Part shown: positions 13,156 through 26,080 of the stretch, piece by piece
How positions within the stretch are numbered: the stretch's first letter is position 1
Layout: every line of letters starts with the position of its first letter
NCBI RefSeq assembly: GCF_021028975.2
Contig: NC_059427.1
Location: 67,022,001-67,086,000 of the forward strand
Source: Sphaerodactylus townsendi
Taxonomy: Eukaryota
Length of the DNA stretch: 64,000 nucleotides
Direction: 5' to 3'
Translations under genes and position numbers: made by a program
The notes under the pieces: model-generated
The model's input: the letters and a program-made list of their open reading frames with translations, nothing else
The model's database searches: none
What the model was told of the DNA's origin: nothing

Positions 13156-13697
13156 TCTAATATAATACATTACCTTCCCTGTTTTCCTGCCCATTACCAG
13201 CAAAAGTCAACATTGTTTACAAAATTTATATCCAAACTTTCAAGGCCACCAAGGTGACTTAACTGTTTTTTTTAATAAAAGCAGTGGATAGAATTATGAT
13301 CCTCAGTGAAATTGACAAGGCTGGATTCATGGAGAAAGTGCATCCTAGCTGCCCAAGTGCCTGGATTTGGCCACATTTAGCCTTTTACATGCTGCTGTTT
13401 TTCCTGTGATCCTGCATAAATGGGGGGGGGGGGACTTCCTCGGCCACACAGGCATCATAGGAGCAATTTCCCTTTCTCCAGGTTTGCTTTTGACAGAAAA
13501 ACTTCATGGGGAGGGGGCTCTATCCAATGGGTTAATGGTAGGCTTTCCTCCATTTTGAAGCCTGATCTTGTAGACTAATTTTGTAAGGTTTCCCCCATTC
13601 ATTGTCGAAATTTTTTGAAACACTAGACTAGCAATAGAGTTCTGTTCAGAGCTTTGAATCCACAAAACAACCACAATGGGGCAGAAATAATAATAAT

Positions 13698-15271
13698 TTG
13701 AGTCCCTTGGCCATTTTGCAGCCCGATAACATCCAGTATGGGTAAGTGAAGACTGTGGTCAGCAAAGAATACACCCATAGGGTCAGGAAAATTTTGAAAT
13801 CCAAATTAAATGGCAGGTATATCATCAAAACCATCAAGATGTTGGCCATATCCATCACCAGGTACGTTGCCAGAATCATAAACTGGACACAGGCTGATTT
13901 GGATGCATTGGACAGAAAAACTTGGAAGCTTATGACTATGCACTATGTCTTACATCCACATAGTGATACTGGTAGACAATACCTTCCTTGGAGATCTGGT
14001 GGAAGAGAATTACTGAAAGTAAAGCAAATAGTGGAAGAGGAGAAACATGTGCTGGCTGATTAAGTCAATGAAAGTCAAGAACAGGCATTGGATGGCCCTT
14101 TCTCCACTTACCCTTTTCCGAGGGTTGCTGCGCGCAATCCCCAGCGCGCGGCATCCCTGGCGTGCGCCCGGGCATCCCCACGACCCTGCGCGGGGTCATC
14201 AAAAGGCGCCCTTTGAAAGAGCGCCAGGAATGCCTCGCGCTGAGGGGCGCGACAGCAGCAGCGTCGGGGCGGCTGCGCTGTCGCCGCCCCTCTCAGTGGG
14301 GAGTGCTGAGGGACCTTGCGCTACTCTCCTCGAGTAGCGCGGGGCTTAAGGTAAGTGGGGAAAGGGCCATTGAAGTGAAGAACAGACATTTACTGAAAGT
14401 CAAGAGAATCAAACAGGAGTTCAGATACAAATGTGATTAAAGCGAGGACTGAAAGCTGGCACAATAAAGCACTGCATGGCCAATTTCTGGAGAAGATCAA
14501 AGGCAAGGTAGACAATGAAAAAACGTGGCTGTGATTAATAACTGGAACTCTGAAAAAGAAAACCGAATCACTGATTTTAGCCGCTAAAGAGCAGGTGATT
14601 AGGACAAAAACAATCAAGACCAGAATCGAAAAATCCTCAGACGATGCAAAGTGCAGATTGTACAAGGAAGCTGATGAAAATGTAGGTCATGTACTTAGCT
14701 GCCACAAAAAAATAACTCAGAGTGAGTACAAACAGAGGCACAACTCAGTGGCCAAGATGATCCACTGGCATTTATGCAAGAATTACAACATTAGGACAGC
14801 TAAAAACTAGTGATCTTGTGGGACTTTTGGATCCAAACAGACAAAGTTGGCACATAATACAGTTGGCACATAATACACCGGACATCAGTGATCGAGAACA
14901 AGAAAGTGACCATCATTGACACAGAAATACCAGGTGACAGCAGGGTCACTGGAAAAGAACATGAGAAGTAAATACCACAATTTGAAAATCGAGATTCAGA
15001 GACTATGGCACAAACCACCTGAGGTTGTCCCAATGGTAATCGCCAAAAACACTAGGACAGCACTTGAAACATCTTCAAATTTAAAAAATCAACATCAATC
15101 AGATTCAAAAGGCAGCCCTGTTGGAATCTGTACAAATATTTCACCAATACATTACACCAATACATTACAACGTCCCAGGCCTTTGGGTGAAACTTGAATT
15201 GTAATGAAAGGCAAACAACCAGCTAGAGAACTAGCAGTTGTGATATTAAACAAAATTGAATGAGAATAATA
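13698..15271 (+). mobile_element. R4/Dong-clade non-LTR retrotransposon, 5'-truncated and decayed (RT thumb, CCHC knuckle, REL endonuclease)
   Basis: Peptides EYTHRVRKILKSKLNG...LDALDRKTWKLMTMH...LYLP-like; CRLYKEADENVGHVLSC; YKQRHNSVAKMIHW; ILWDFWIQTD...HNTPD...KYHNLKIEIQRLW. Stops and frameshifts present; flanked by (TAA)n at 13686-13697 and AATAAT at the 3' end. Confidence 0.85.
14094..14368 (+). mobile_element. CpG-rich PIF/Harbinger-type MITE, copy 1 (inserted in the Dong element)
   Basis: TIR GGCCCTTTCTCCACTTACC / GGTAAGTGGGGAAAGGGCC; interrupts the Dong reading frame; TSD degenerate. Confidence 0.85.
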
Positions 15272-16199
15272 TAGCTGCCGCCCCCCAAAAGCTCCATCAG
15301 GCAACCTCAAAAATAGGAGAAGTTTGCCTGACAATGAAGGGGGGAATTCCAGTTGGAAAAGCACTTGTGCCCAAAGTGTCTTGGGATGCACTCTGTTAGT
15401 TTTCTCCAGCACTGACTGTGTTTGTGTTGCCTATTGATATTCCCCCCTCCCCGCCATTACCAATATTGGCCCAGGAAAATTTCAAATGACAGTGATCACT
15501 GCCTGGCTGAAGAAGCACCTAGGCTAGTTGGGAAGCTCCCCCCACCCCCAACCCATGCACCAACCACTTACTGCTAAGACCAACATTCCATCACTATTCT
15601 GCTGCTGCTAAAAAAACCACAAACTGCAGGGGGGAAATGGACATTTGTTCTGGGAAACCCATGAAAATCTCCAAAAATGGAGGTTGCATGGCAATGACGA
15701 AAGCGCACAAAATGGCAGATTGAGGTACTTTAGGGGAAGGGAACCATGAAAAATGGAAGCTGGAAGGTAATGAACAGGGAATGCAGATGTGTATGCATCT
15801 ACACCGAGCGGTGAAAATTCAAATGTTCTATAATTGGAATATCTGCAATAGACCCTGAGTGCAAAAGAGAAAAAGAGAAACACCTCCTTTCACCATGTCA
15901 CAAGTCCCCATTTCACATCCCACACCCCGGCAGCCAAAAGGTAGCTTTTTGCATGTATGAAAAATGAAAATCCTGCAGTACATGAAATAAAAACCATGAG
16001 GGGGAAAGGTTGGTGCCCAAAGCAAAACCACACTGGGAAGCAAAGATTGTGTATTGACTGTCTCTCAACCACGTGGGAAGTAGTACATGCATAAAAGACC
16101 ACAGTGTCTCTCAACACACAAGATTCCAGAAATGATTCTACTAGTGAGGGAGGTAGGATGACTTTATCTAGGAAGAACTCACTAAAGCCAGGGATACTG

Positions 16200-16900
16200 G
16201 CATAAATACGGAAAGTGTGGATTTTAACTATTAACACGCCACACTTCCTCAGTCCAGTCATGATTGGACTCAGACTCAGCAGATAAAGTCATCTGATCTC
16301 CAGATCCTGAATTGATCACCCGTAGCACTTCCATTGTGTCAGGATTATCAGCACACATCCCCCCTCCAAACTGCCTCCAGCCCAGCGTTCAGCCTCCCTG
16401 GGATTAATCAGGAGCACAAGGTAGAGCTGAGTTTCATCTGCATATTGGTGACTGTTGAACCCAAACTCCCCAAAAACTTCACCCAGTGGTTTTATATAGA
16501 TTACTTTATATAGATTTATTTTTTTATTATTAAATTAATATACCGCCCCTCCCCCAAAGGGTTCTGGGTGGTGCCCAGATGGCTGAAGAACAGAGAGACA
16601 AGATGGATCCCTGTGGAACTTCATTAGCCCAAGAGCAAAGCAGAAGTCCCCCTGTCCCCCCTTCTGAAACCTGCTTTCCAGGTAGGACTGAAACCACTAT
16701 AAAACAGTGTCTCCCAGCACCAACTCCAAAAGTCAGTCCAGAAAGATAACCCAGTCAATGGTATCAAAAGTCACTAAAAGGTCCAGGAGAATCAGATTTG
16801 TATACAACCTATCCATCTCCTGCCACAGGTCATCTACCAGGTCAACAAAGACGGTTTCACTCCCATGTACAAACCTGAAACCAGACTGGAAAGATAGTCA
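16200..16900 (-). mobile_element. L2-clade LINE reverse-transcriptase fragment
   Basis: Minus strand reads HQYADETQLY (~16420-16450); VPQGS-like (GTTCCACAGGGATCC) and QSGFR motifs upstream. Confidence 0.75.
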
Positions 16901-17894
16901 TGGAAAATCATATTAAACTATAAATTAGGTTACTTGATATTATGGGGAAGATGAGCGTAACTAGATATGGGACTACCATTTTCACAACAACTTCACATCT
17001 GCTGTCTAATCCCATATTCAATCTAATGGAGATAATTTACGAATGCAGATTAACTAATGCCCTTGCATAAATGATGCTCTTGTGGCTTGCAGATTCAACT
17101 AGGCTTGTGCAGAGGTACTTATAGCATATGCAAACAAACAGAAATGACAAAAAAAGTCCCAGGGTTTTTTAGACTTAAAAATACTTCATCGGCTATTTAT
17201 TTGAATGCAAAGTGGAAAGAAATCCTAGAATGCTTCATGCTTTAATTTCAAAACATGAATTGTAATCATTGAAATTAGTACGGTGCAATTGCTTGTCCAC
17301 TAACAGGAAAACCAATTTTCCGGCCATTCATACATGCAACAGTTATGCAGCTAATGACATTTTAATATAGTTATCCAGAGGAGACCAAATAATCCCCAGA
17401 ATTGCAAATTAACTCAATCTGAAAAGAGATTCTTCCAGTAATGAGGGATCATAGCAGAAGCAATGCCTTCAAAGAATTACCCATTCTTTTCAAATTTCAG
17501 TTCAGTTTTACCCAGGTTCACATGCCAACAGTTTTATTTCAGTTTATTTAATACTGTATACTTAAAGGATTTTTTAAAGTCTTCATTTATGAAGCAGGAC
17601 AGACAATTCTGTTAAACTTCAAATTGTTTGAAGATAGGATCATTTCTTAGATAAAATCATGGGCAATAGGGAATGGCTAAAGCGATTTCAAGGTAATATT
17701 ACCCACTACCTCAACCTCCCTGGGGTGAGAGGTTCAGGGGAAATGTGATGGGGCCTAGTTTCCATCGAATGAAAGAGAATTAGAGATTTACAGTGTCTGT
17801 TTTATTTAATAGTAAACAAAGAGAGTATATTGGAAGAAAGAGATGATTCTTACAGCAGGGAGCTAATACACTAAACCTGCAGAACCTGCCTCAG

Positions 17895-17898
<4 letters not shown>

Positions 17899-17934
<36 letters not shown>
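17899..17934. repeat. (AG)18 microsatellite
   Basis: Direct reading. Confidence 0.95.
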
Positions 17935-17937
<3 letters not shown>

Positions 17938-19829
17938 CACTTGTCAATGTTTGTCACCTTCTGCCAACCCACAGCTCCTTGTCTGCTCAGATGTCTGGCT
18001 GATCCTTCTCTCCATTCAAACTGCAAAACGGGCACTAAACTGTTTCTCTTCCCCTCCTCTGAAGGGTTTCCTCCTCCAAAACACTGAGGGGCATTGCACG
18101 CCAAAGGCTGGAGTGTGATTCCCAGCTTTCAAAATAACTGTAGTCATTAAGGATTATTAATATTATATTATAGCTAAGGAGACTCTTGGCTGGGGTGGAT
18201 TGGGAGGTTACTTTGGCAGTTGATAATTTCTTTTCCACATATTACAGCAAGTAGAAAATGATTTTAAGATGATTTTTTTAGCCTGGTTTACATGGATTCT
18301 AATGTGGCACTACTCAAAACCAATAGGTTAAATAAGTAGTACCATTTAAGTACTAAAATACTGCATCATACTGTTCTTGCTGCACTGTTTTTAGTTGTAG
18401 TCTTTGCTGAAACACATTGAGAAGGCAGACCATAAATGAAGTAAATAAATAAAATAAAATTTATTTTGTTAAACTCCATGACTGCTCATCAGTTGGCCAT
18501 TTAGTGATCTTACAATCTTACAGCAATGTTTTTATTCTCCGCTTTGCCAGCAGAACAAACAACCCAGGGGAACTTCACCAAATGGTGGGCAGCACAGAAG
18601 ATTCAAGCATCAAAAAATGGCCAGCAAGAGAAAATGAAGTGATAGCTTGCTGATTCGGCTAGAGAAAAAAGACATTTCATTCTCTCTGCTCAGCTAGCAG
18701 GAAACGTCTTGACCCCTTCTTGGGGAATAAAGATCACTAGTTTAATGTTTTCCTTAAAAAAAACAAGTTGAATTGAAATAAAACATCCTTAAGATGTTTT
18801 GGAGAAACAACTGTGTGGAGTTTCTCCCCAAACCGCTTCTTTTAATGTCCTCAAGACATTTTATTTGTGTTGTGCAAAAAGCACCTACCTTTCCCTAAAC
18901 TGGGCAGCAGATCACTTGAAATAATCCTTCTGTGATACCCACAGTCTCAAAGTGCTTACTTGCAGAAGGGAATTTAGATATTCCATGAATAAAGTTTTTA
19001 AGCTTTTAGAATAAAGTTTTTTTAAAAAAAGAGCATCCCATAAATGAAGACTCTCATATCACACAAGCAGTACAAAGGACAGAATTGCTCACCACTACCC
19101 TCTAGCCAGCTCTCACATAAAGGGACTGAATATTTGTGAGATGGGAGCTGTTCTCTGAGCTGTCTTTGACTATATAACCTGACAATCTATTCTTCTCAAA
19201 TCTTCCCATTTTTTCAAGAAGGCAAGATGTGCTTTTTTTAGTGACTGTGGGGAGCAGGGAGGTGATGGACTTCTTTAGATTCCGGAAAAGTAGCCACAAA
19301 TATGTCTCTAGAGCACTTAAAAGGAGTTCAAGCACAGCGTTCATGTGATTATCCAACTTTATCACTACAATAATCCCAAAATAAATTAAGGGAAGAGATA
19401 TTGATTGGCCCAAGGTTATCCAGTGAACTTCATGGCTCCTCAGTAATGTGGCCCAGGTCTTCTCAATCCAAGTCCAGGACTTTAGACATTACACCACATG
19501 GCTGTAAATTGCACTATATTAGTAATTTAAGAAAAGCTCTACCCAGAATTGTTATAAAGTGAATATCCGTAATTGTCAGAATGGCATATAAGGACTCTGC
19601 TCAAGCCTGGGTTGGTCTTTCCTGGACACCATCAATCATTTCTTGTATTATTTGTAATCTCTGACCATCCCTAGAACTTCAGCAATCTATATAAGGTTTT
19701 CAAAAAGAGCAAGACTTTGTAGAGCAAGACTTGAGTTAGAACATCTGCCACCTGATTGCCAAATGCAGTATAACAATGATCTAGGAATGTTTATTATTTG
19801 AAGTTTCACATGATTGCTCAAAGACCAAG

Positions 19830-20530
19830 CAGTTAGCCTGTCTTGGATGGGACTGCATTCCTCCTGAAGCAGCAGCTCAAGGATGCTTCTGGATCCTAGC
19901 CTAAAGCTGAAAGCACAGACTTCCTCTGTAACATGCAGCACCTTTTATCAGCTTTGGCTGCTTGTCAATTATAGCTCCTCCTCAGAAAGCATGAACTGGC
20001 CTCAGTGATCCACCCTAAGTTAGATTCCTGGGGCTGCTCTTTGAAAAATGTTTGAAAAATTCGGTTGGTCATCCAAAACACGGCAGTTGTGTTAGTTCTG
20101 GGCAATGGAAACAGTGATCCTATCACTCACATACTGAAAGATCCTCATTGGCTGCCCAGCTGTTTCTGGACACAATTCTGATGCTGCTTCTTACCTTTAA
20201 AGCCATACTCAGTTTGAAGACTTCCTCTCTGGGCACCATATTAAGTGATGACATGGCCAGCAATTAAAGACAGATCATTTTCGGTGGTGGATTGTCTGAT
20301 ACCTGCTTTACTGTCTCTTGACTGAAGCATTTAACTGAGGGATTCCGTTTTAAACTGTTTTGAGAGTCTATTTCTAATCTGATTACTGTTTAATGGATAC
20401 TATGTTACATTGCTTAATGGTATTTTAATACAAATAGTTTAATGAGTGCTTTATAATAGCTTTTTTATTTTATGAGCTTCCTCAAACAGGTCTCTGGAGA
20501 GACAGTACATACGTTTTCTAAACAAATAAA
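19830..20530 (+). mobile_element. L2 LINE 3' fragment
   Basis: Degenerate KLQLVQNAA...HITPIL..LHWLP...FKVLLLTFKA-type coding end followed by an AT-rich 3' UTR and an AAACAAATAAA tail. Confidence 0.6.
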
Positions 20531-20696
20531 GTACATTCTCTGAGCTCAATCTTCCCTCCAGATTCTTTAAGCTACAAGAGGGAAAGCTCTATTGCAACCA
20601 AGTACTAGGGAGAGGGGAAAACTCAGCTTCATTGAGGACAGATATTCCCAGAGGCTAATTCCTTCCCCCATCCCTCACCTGGATAGCCCCAGGCTA

Positions 20697-21335
20697 GCCT
20701 GATCTCCTCAGATCTCAAAGGCTAAGTAGGATCAGCCCTGGCTAATATTTGGATGGGGGACTTCCAAGGAATACCAGAGTTGTGACATAGAGACAGGCAA
20801 TGGCAAACTACCTCTGAACACCTCTTGCCTTGAAAACCACACCAAAGTTGGGGAGCGGGGGGTGTTGTGCACCAGTAATCAAAAGTACAAGCAATGCACA
20901 AGCAATGGCTAGAAGTCAGTACAATTGCTAAATCAATAATGTGAACAAAGTTTACAACTGGGACTGTGAAACACCTAACACCCCAATCTCCACAAGTATA
21001 GGTCAAAGCATACAATAATTCATATTTTCAAATCAACATAAGCTTCTCTAAGCTAATTAGAAATTCTACAATGAGCTACCAGTATCTTGTAATTATCTGG
21101 TTTCAATTAATCTTCAAGGTTCATGGACATGTACTATTTTCAATGTACATAGGGTTTGTCCCATAGAAAGATGTTCTTACAGTTCAGTTTGGTCAGTGTA
21201 ATTCTCTGTAATGCTATCTCTTGCTGCAAAATGTCCTTCAAGATTGGAGCACTATCTGTTTCAGTCTTACTGATGGTTAGCCATTGCTTGTGCATTGCTC
21301 ATAGTTTAGGTGTGACTTGATGGCAGAAAAAAAAT
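20697..21335 (+). mobile_element. 5S-rRNA-derived SINE (5S-Sauria-like) split by an internal insertion
   Basis: 20697-20784 aligns to 5S rRNA (GATCTC..GATCTC.AA.GCTAAG.AGG.TC..CCTGG.TA.TA.TTGGATGGG.GAC...GGAATACC); BovB/Sauria-like GGCAATGGCAAACTACCTCTG follows; tail GTGACTTGATGGCA+A-run resumes at ~21311. Confidence 0.75.
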
Positions 21336-22654
21336 CCTCCCCGACCTTCAGACTACAAGGTATTCCTTCTCACAACCTAAGAGATGCTGTGGAGGAGGCG
21401 GAATCAATCTCAGAGGCCATGACTCACTCAAGCCCAGCTATCTTGACCCTATGTTTCAGGCGGCAGGAAAGCAAAGAATAATCCATGTGCTTCCATTCAG
21501 CCCGACTCAGAGCTCCAGCCAGCCCACACAAATACTATTTACTGATGGTAGCATAAGAATAAGGTCCCACACAACTCTTAGACCCCATCACTGGCTGATA
21601 GGAAAGGGTTAAGCAATTACCCAACTTATGGAAGAAAGAGAAGACCCTCTCTCACCCTCTCCCGGTATAAAAATCTAATTAATAAATAAAAATAAATAAA
21701 TAAAAAACACACTCACTTTTAAACATACCAATTTTTCTCTTCCCTTACATAGAAAATAATTTGAGTGATGTAAAAAATAGGGGTTTGGTAGATGCATCCC
21801 CTGAAGTCACATAAATAGCAAAGGAAGGCCATAGACCCTGATCGATAAGAACCATGAGGAATGGAATAAGGGTTAAGGGCCACAGCTCCAACTTCCCATC
21901 CCCTAGAAAAGCTTACTAGCAAATATCTTTGCATGTCCCCTCTAACTAAAGTCCCCTCATTAGTGTGGGTAATGGGGACTTTGTCCCCAGTGAATAAGGC
22001 ATCAAGAGCAAAACTAGACTGAGAGCCCCGTCCAAAGGGGGGGGGGAATCCACTCATGGGAGTGGCACACCACCACGCTGGCAGATTCACCCTCCCCAGG
22101 GCACTTACCCCAGTGGAGGGGTGATTCTGCTGGCGTGCAGCAACAGAGGGCCCACCTGAACTGGAACGCAAGCTGGACGCCACACCAGCATTCCACAATC
22201 CTTGCTGTGGCTGCTGCCATAGCAGGGGAGGGCTGGGGGCGTTGTCACAGCTCCCTCCTGGACTTTGCCAACGTTACACCAGTGGCCATACTTCAGATTT
22301 AAGCCACCCTTTTTGGCCGCATAAGTCTACTGAAGTCCATAGTGGCTTCTCAGTGGCAGGGAGGCTTTTTTACTTTCTGAAACTCCCCCACGCTGCCAGG
22401 AAGCCTCTTTGGTGGCAGCAGCCAGATACAGCCACAGCTAGGTGCCCAGTTCTTGGATAGAGCTGCCCAAATGCTAAACTTTAGGGCCAAGGGTCTGAGT
22501 GGGCCTGAACTCACCTGTCCAATCAGATCCGTGGCTGGTGACATCAATTAATACATAACTCTGTTACCAGTCATGTGATGAAGATATCAGAGTTGTGTGG
22601 GATGTTGCTCACATTGTACATAGCACATTGTACAATATTTTATTATCATAGAAC

Positions 22655-22755
22655 CAGTGGTGGGATTCAAATAATTTAACAACCGATTGTTTACAAGCAC
22701 CATTTTAACAACCGGTTCTTCCGAAGTGGTGCGAACCTGCTGACTCCCACCACTG
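22655..22755. mobile_element. 101-bp hAT MITE (CAGTGGTGGGATTCA family)
   Basis: TIRs plus perfect 8-bp TSD CATAGAAC. Confidence 0.92.
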
Positions 22756-24804
22756 CATAGAACCAGTCAAAAATGCATGGGTACCTGAAGGAAGTTTGCA
22801 AAACAACCAAGGATGGCGCAAAACTAGTGCTTTTAACAGACTCCAGCAAAAAGCAGTTTTGTGTATGTAGCTGTTATTACCAGCATTTAGAGAATTCCTC
22901 AGGGTTGCTCTGATCAACCCTAGGGAAAATGAAACAGGAGGCCCCAGACAAATGATTCCCTTAGACACTCAGGGGGAAACTGTTTCGAGAAGCTCATCTA
23001 TTTGAATTAATGGGAGTAAAAACTGTTTGAGACTACCAAGCAAAAACCTGACCATTTATCAGACATCACAAACAGCATGCAGCCCTTACAGTCAACTGTT
23101 TCTTACACCTGCTTCCATTGCACTGTGGCAGCCATTCCATCTTCTGTCCTTAGTCACAGCACTCCTTCTTGAGTGTGCAAAGCTTTCATAGAGATCTGTT
23201 GCAGCTGCAGAGTCTCAAACAATCCAATGCACACTTACTCCAATTTAAGCCCACTGATTTCCATATGGAGCACAGGGCTGTATGCCAAATGCCACTCCCA
23301 ACTACTTCAACAGGTGTCAGATGACAATGCAAGGTAAGAGACAGGTGTCAGAGACAATGCAAGGTAAGATGAGAGTTGCCAGGAGGCCTGGAGGAAAATG
23401 GCCTGGCCTTCCCATAGATGCTTTTGGTGCTAAAATGGGCAGCTGAAGATTGTAATTTTGAGACTTTGTTGATGGGACAGAATATTTTTCTCCAGACCTG
23501 CTGGGAATTCTAGATATTACTTTAAGTAAAAGAAAAGGAAGCCTTAGGGGACTACTGTGACATTTCTGTATCCAACCTGCTATATAACACCAGTTCTCAT
23601 CAAAGAAATTCATTTTAGGCAGAACACGGCTCCTCCCTACAGGGCTCTCAAGATAGTGAAGACTATCACCCAGTAACTGCCATTCTGCAACCTCCAACAG
23701 AACTATATGTAGGGAAAAGGACAGTTAATAATATTTTAGGAAGGCTGGTCATTTTTAAAAAATATTATAAGTTGTTCTGGGAACCCAGAAGTACAAACTG
23801 AAATAAACAGTGTTAACACCCAGATGAATGCCTAACCCAAATTATTTAAGCAGAACCTGATTAGCACAGAATCTGACAATCTTGCACTTGTTAATATACT
23901 CATCCTCAGATTCCAAGACAGGGTAGTCAAGGTAGTAAGGTTAGCAAGGGTTTGCCCTGAGGCACCAACATGAAGATTGTCTGCCTCTGGCATCAAAAGA
24001 AACAGGGAGGCAGAACAAAGTAGATCTGCCGTGCTAACCAATGGAAGTGCTAGCCAAAACACTGAGTCCGGAGCCCAATTGACGCCAGAAGCACAGACCA
24101 ACAATGGTGCCCCGGCCCTTCCATTTGCAAGATTCATAATTCAGTTTACTTGCAGGCCAGTCTGACCAGATTTCACAGTTTATGTTCACAATTATAGCCG
24201 GTTTCTTTATTTCATTTATTTAGCACTTCGTAGCAAAAAGCAGCTGGTTTGTTTATAACTAAGGCTGGACAGTAGAAAATTGCAATTTTTCAATATTTAT
24301 CTTTTAAATTGCCATAAGGGAACAATGCAAATAAAAATGTTAACACTTATTTCAAATGTTTCATGTTAGAACATTTTTCCGGGCCTTGCCAAAAGAAAAA
24401 TCGTGCTAGAATGTACTGTTTTTGCTGACAAGGCCCAGATAGGCAAGCACACAAATATACAAATATCAACCACTGTTACATACATAAACATACATATTTA
24501 AGGCTGCACATAACATAGGCTGTGTTTCTATCTGTAAGATATACATGTATGTGACAGAGGCTTTTACTGTGGGACCCCAGTTCACCTGAAGTTGAACTAA
24601 CTTTTTTTATGGTGGTGGTGCCCCATTTTCACACACTCTTCTTTTAGCCACGGTACATTTTCTGTGGTGCCCCCTTTCCCAGCCTTGGTGCCCTAAGCAC
24701 GTGCTTATTGTGCTTAATGGCTAACCTTGGGCTGACTGAGATCAAAAGGCTTTAGTGGTACTATGTTTATACTCTTGCAACATACAGACATTCCATTTAA
24801 ATTA

Positions 24805-26050
24805 TTACTTTAAAAAACTATACCCCACCTTTCTGCCCTCCTAAGGGACACCAAGGAAGCTAACAAATTAAACATAAATAATAAAATCACATCTTAAAAC
24901 TATTAAAACCAACAAAAACATTAAAACCAAAGTTATAATACACATACAAAAAACATAAAAACAGCGATTAAAATACTGGACAGGGATGAAGGATCACTGA
25001 GGAAATCTTCACCAGCTAGCAGAAGATGGCAACACGAGGGGACCGATGAATCCACCTGGGAGAGAGAGTTCCAAAACTTTGGGTGCCATGACAAGACCTT
25101 CTCCCAGCTTACCATGTGCCCACCTCAGAAATCATGGACACCCAAAGTAGGGCCTCAGAAGATGACCACAGTGGTCAGGTAAATTGATAAGGTAATATAG
25201 ACAGTCCTTCAAATACATTAACCCTAAACCATGTCCAAGTCAACACTAGCACTTTGAATTGTGTCTGGGAACAGATTGGGAGCCAATATATACAGGGCAA
25301 ATCCGGAGTGATACTGTTCCTAGTCAACACTGGGCCAGCAGCATTCTGCACCAATTGAAGTTTTCAAGGGTAGCCCCACATGGAGTGCATTGCAGTAATC
25401 TAATTACGATGCCATCAGGGTATGTACTATAATGGTCTTTTCTGTTCAGGAAAGGCCACTGCTGACTAACTGGTCAAAGCTGGTAAAAGGCACTCCTGGC
25501 CAAAACATACACCTGCTTATCTAGCAACAGACCTGGGTCAAAAAGCATCCCCAGACTGCAGTCCTGTTTCTTCAAGGGGAGTGCAACCCCATCCAGAATG
25601 AGTGACATCCTAAATCCTGGGTCAGTTCTTCTGCTCACTAGTTGCACTTCCATCTTGATGAGATTAAGTTGCAATTTATTAGCCTGCATCCACTCCAAAA
25701 CTGCCTCCAAGCCACTGTTCAGGGTCAACCTGAAGTGTGAGACAGAGCTGAGCTGAGGTGTAGTTTGGTAACCAAGTCTTTGGATGACTTGTGACAAGAT
25801 AGAACCTTATGGAACCCGACAGTCCAAAGGAGCAGCCTCTCAGCACTTCCTTTGAAACCTACCCGCTAGGTAGGACCAGAACCACCACAAAATGGTGCCT
25901 CCAACTCCTAGCCTAGAAAGCCTGTCTGGAAGTTGCTGAAAGGTCCAGACAGAATCATCAGATTTGCACTCCCTCTGTCCATCTCCCTGTACAGGTCATC
26001 TACCAAGGATCTGTTCTGAGATTCTTGGAGAATGAACAATATAAAACATA
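24805..26050 (-). mobile_element. L2 LINE 3' portion (decayed)
   Basis: ORF-track peptide LEAVLEWMQANKLQLNLIKMEVQLV...VLARSAFYQL, typical of L2 ORF2; 3' tail near 24805. Confidence 0.8.
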
Positions 26051-26080
26051 ATAGGAATATGAGATCAGGACAGCCAAAGG

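Noticed and set aside
20697-20784. 5S rRNA gene
   Set aside because: 5'-incomplete, many substitutions and fused to a retroposon tail: a SINE head, not an rRNA gene.
23330-23390. ~31-bp direct duplication containing AAG|GTAAGA donor-like motifs
   Set aside because: Donors are on the + strand, antisense to TEX264; simple local duplication, like those at 4021-4052, 29194-29225 and 53540-53589.
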